From the human T2T-CHM13v2.0 reference genome, Homo sapiens, in the NCBI RefSeq assembly GCF_009914755.1, contig NC_060926.1: DNA of 64,000 nt; one strand, given 5' to 3'. Shown here piece by piece: positions 62,901 through 64,000 of the stretch. A model generated the notes under the pieces. That model was not told the DNA's origin, made no database searches, and saw nothing but the letters and a program-made list of their open reading frames with translations. How positions within the stretch are numbered: position 1 is the stretch's first letter; each line of letters opens with the position of its first letter. The translations under genes were made by a program, and so were the position numbers.

Positions 62901-64000
62901 AGCTATTTATTTGAGTTTATTATAAGACAAATGTATCTTCAGTTGATTCCATTTTATGGAATACCAGGCAATGAAGATATTTTTAACTTCTTCCTGATCA
63001 TATATGATCCTCCACTGTAATTTCCCATGAATTATGTCAGATCAAGAGGTTACTTTAAAAAAAAAAAATAAAGATTCCAAAAAAGATGTTTCTTCTGGGG
63101 AAGTAGGTTCATTACATCTATTAGGACAGTACATGTATCAGTGCTTGAGAAGACAAAACCCTCTAAATGAGTGTTCAGGAGGTTTAGATGTGACTATGTC
63201 TTCCCCAAGAAACCTAGTTCATCTTGTTCCACCAAAATGCTCAGGTCCTAGAGCATCTTTATCATGGCCAGAGCGATCTTGCTCATCAATCATTAGTATT
63301 TCCCCTCCATTTAGATTTAGATTTAGATTCTCCATTTAGATTATCAGGCCCCTGATAAATAGCAAAGTAGGTACTGGGGGTAGGGAAGGGGGTAATTTTC
63401 AAGCAATAAGGGACAAAATTCTGCCATGACAATATAAGACTGGATACAACAGCCCAAGAACTACTACCATTTTCTGACTTAAAGGAGTTATGTGGTAGCT
63501 TGGCATAAGTATGATGAAATTGTCTTCTGTTGTCAAATATCGGACATACCATACAGGTTAGAATCTTGTTAACTATTCTCTCCTTTCTACTATAACCTAT
63601 AATATATAGAGCTACCATGTGTCCAGTTGAATTGGATACATTTAAATTTAAAAAATGTCTATAACACAAAGATCACATATCCCTTAATTGAGGCTCTTTA
63701 CTCCTTTATGCCACTGTGAGAACAATTCTGAACAAATAGTTAAGAGACAGATGTTCTAGACCTACCTCTGCCTCTCACATATTTACCGCATGAGCTCATA
63801 ACAGGAGCATCTATATCATTACAAAACAATGATTATGCACCACTTCTACTTTTTGCACTGAGCTTTTGCCAAGATCGAATGAGATAACCCAGGTGAAAGT
63901 GCTTTATAAACTCTAATGGCATTATGCTTTGAAAATGTGACATTATTTAGTGCCCTGGAGCAGCAAGGTACTAAATAATATCTTAGTGGCTTGAATTAAT

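Overview
This is human genomic DNA (primate Alu, L1, L2, MIR, MER and LTR repeats). It contains the whole LRRTM1 gene on the - strand: a single coding exon giving 522 aa (12398-13966), a short non-coding exon 1 near 14.3-14.5 kb, and a poly(A) signal near 12040. From prior knowledge, LRRTM1 is nested antisense in a very large intron of CTNNA2 (alpha-N-catenin, 2p12). I recognise no canonical CTNNA2 exon here, but there is a + strand alternative exon encoding a 31-aa N-terminus (23701-23793) and candidate alternative first exons in the shared CpG-island promoter. The rest is intronic DNA with many old transposons, an intact solo LTR10-type LTR, an orphan CpG island at about 32.6-33.3 kb and several locally templated duplications. 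I see no new gene cluster or other new system. The most interesting less-obvious signals are: (1) the LRRTM1 5' leader, with an intron-spanning uORF ending in a UAAUG stop/start overlap, two donors 4 nt apart that switch its frame, and a possible vestigial ATGG|gt start exon; (2) a fold-back insertion at 19.8-20.1 kb copied from the neighbouring Alu and its unique flank; (3) a CTNNA2 coding exon apparently exonised from an L2; (4) several non-transposon duplications and a hairpin. Repeat subfamily calls and boundaries are by eye and approximate.
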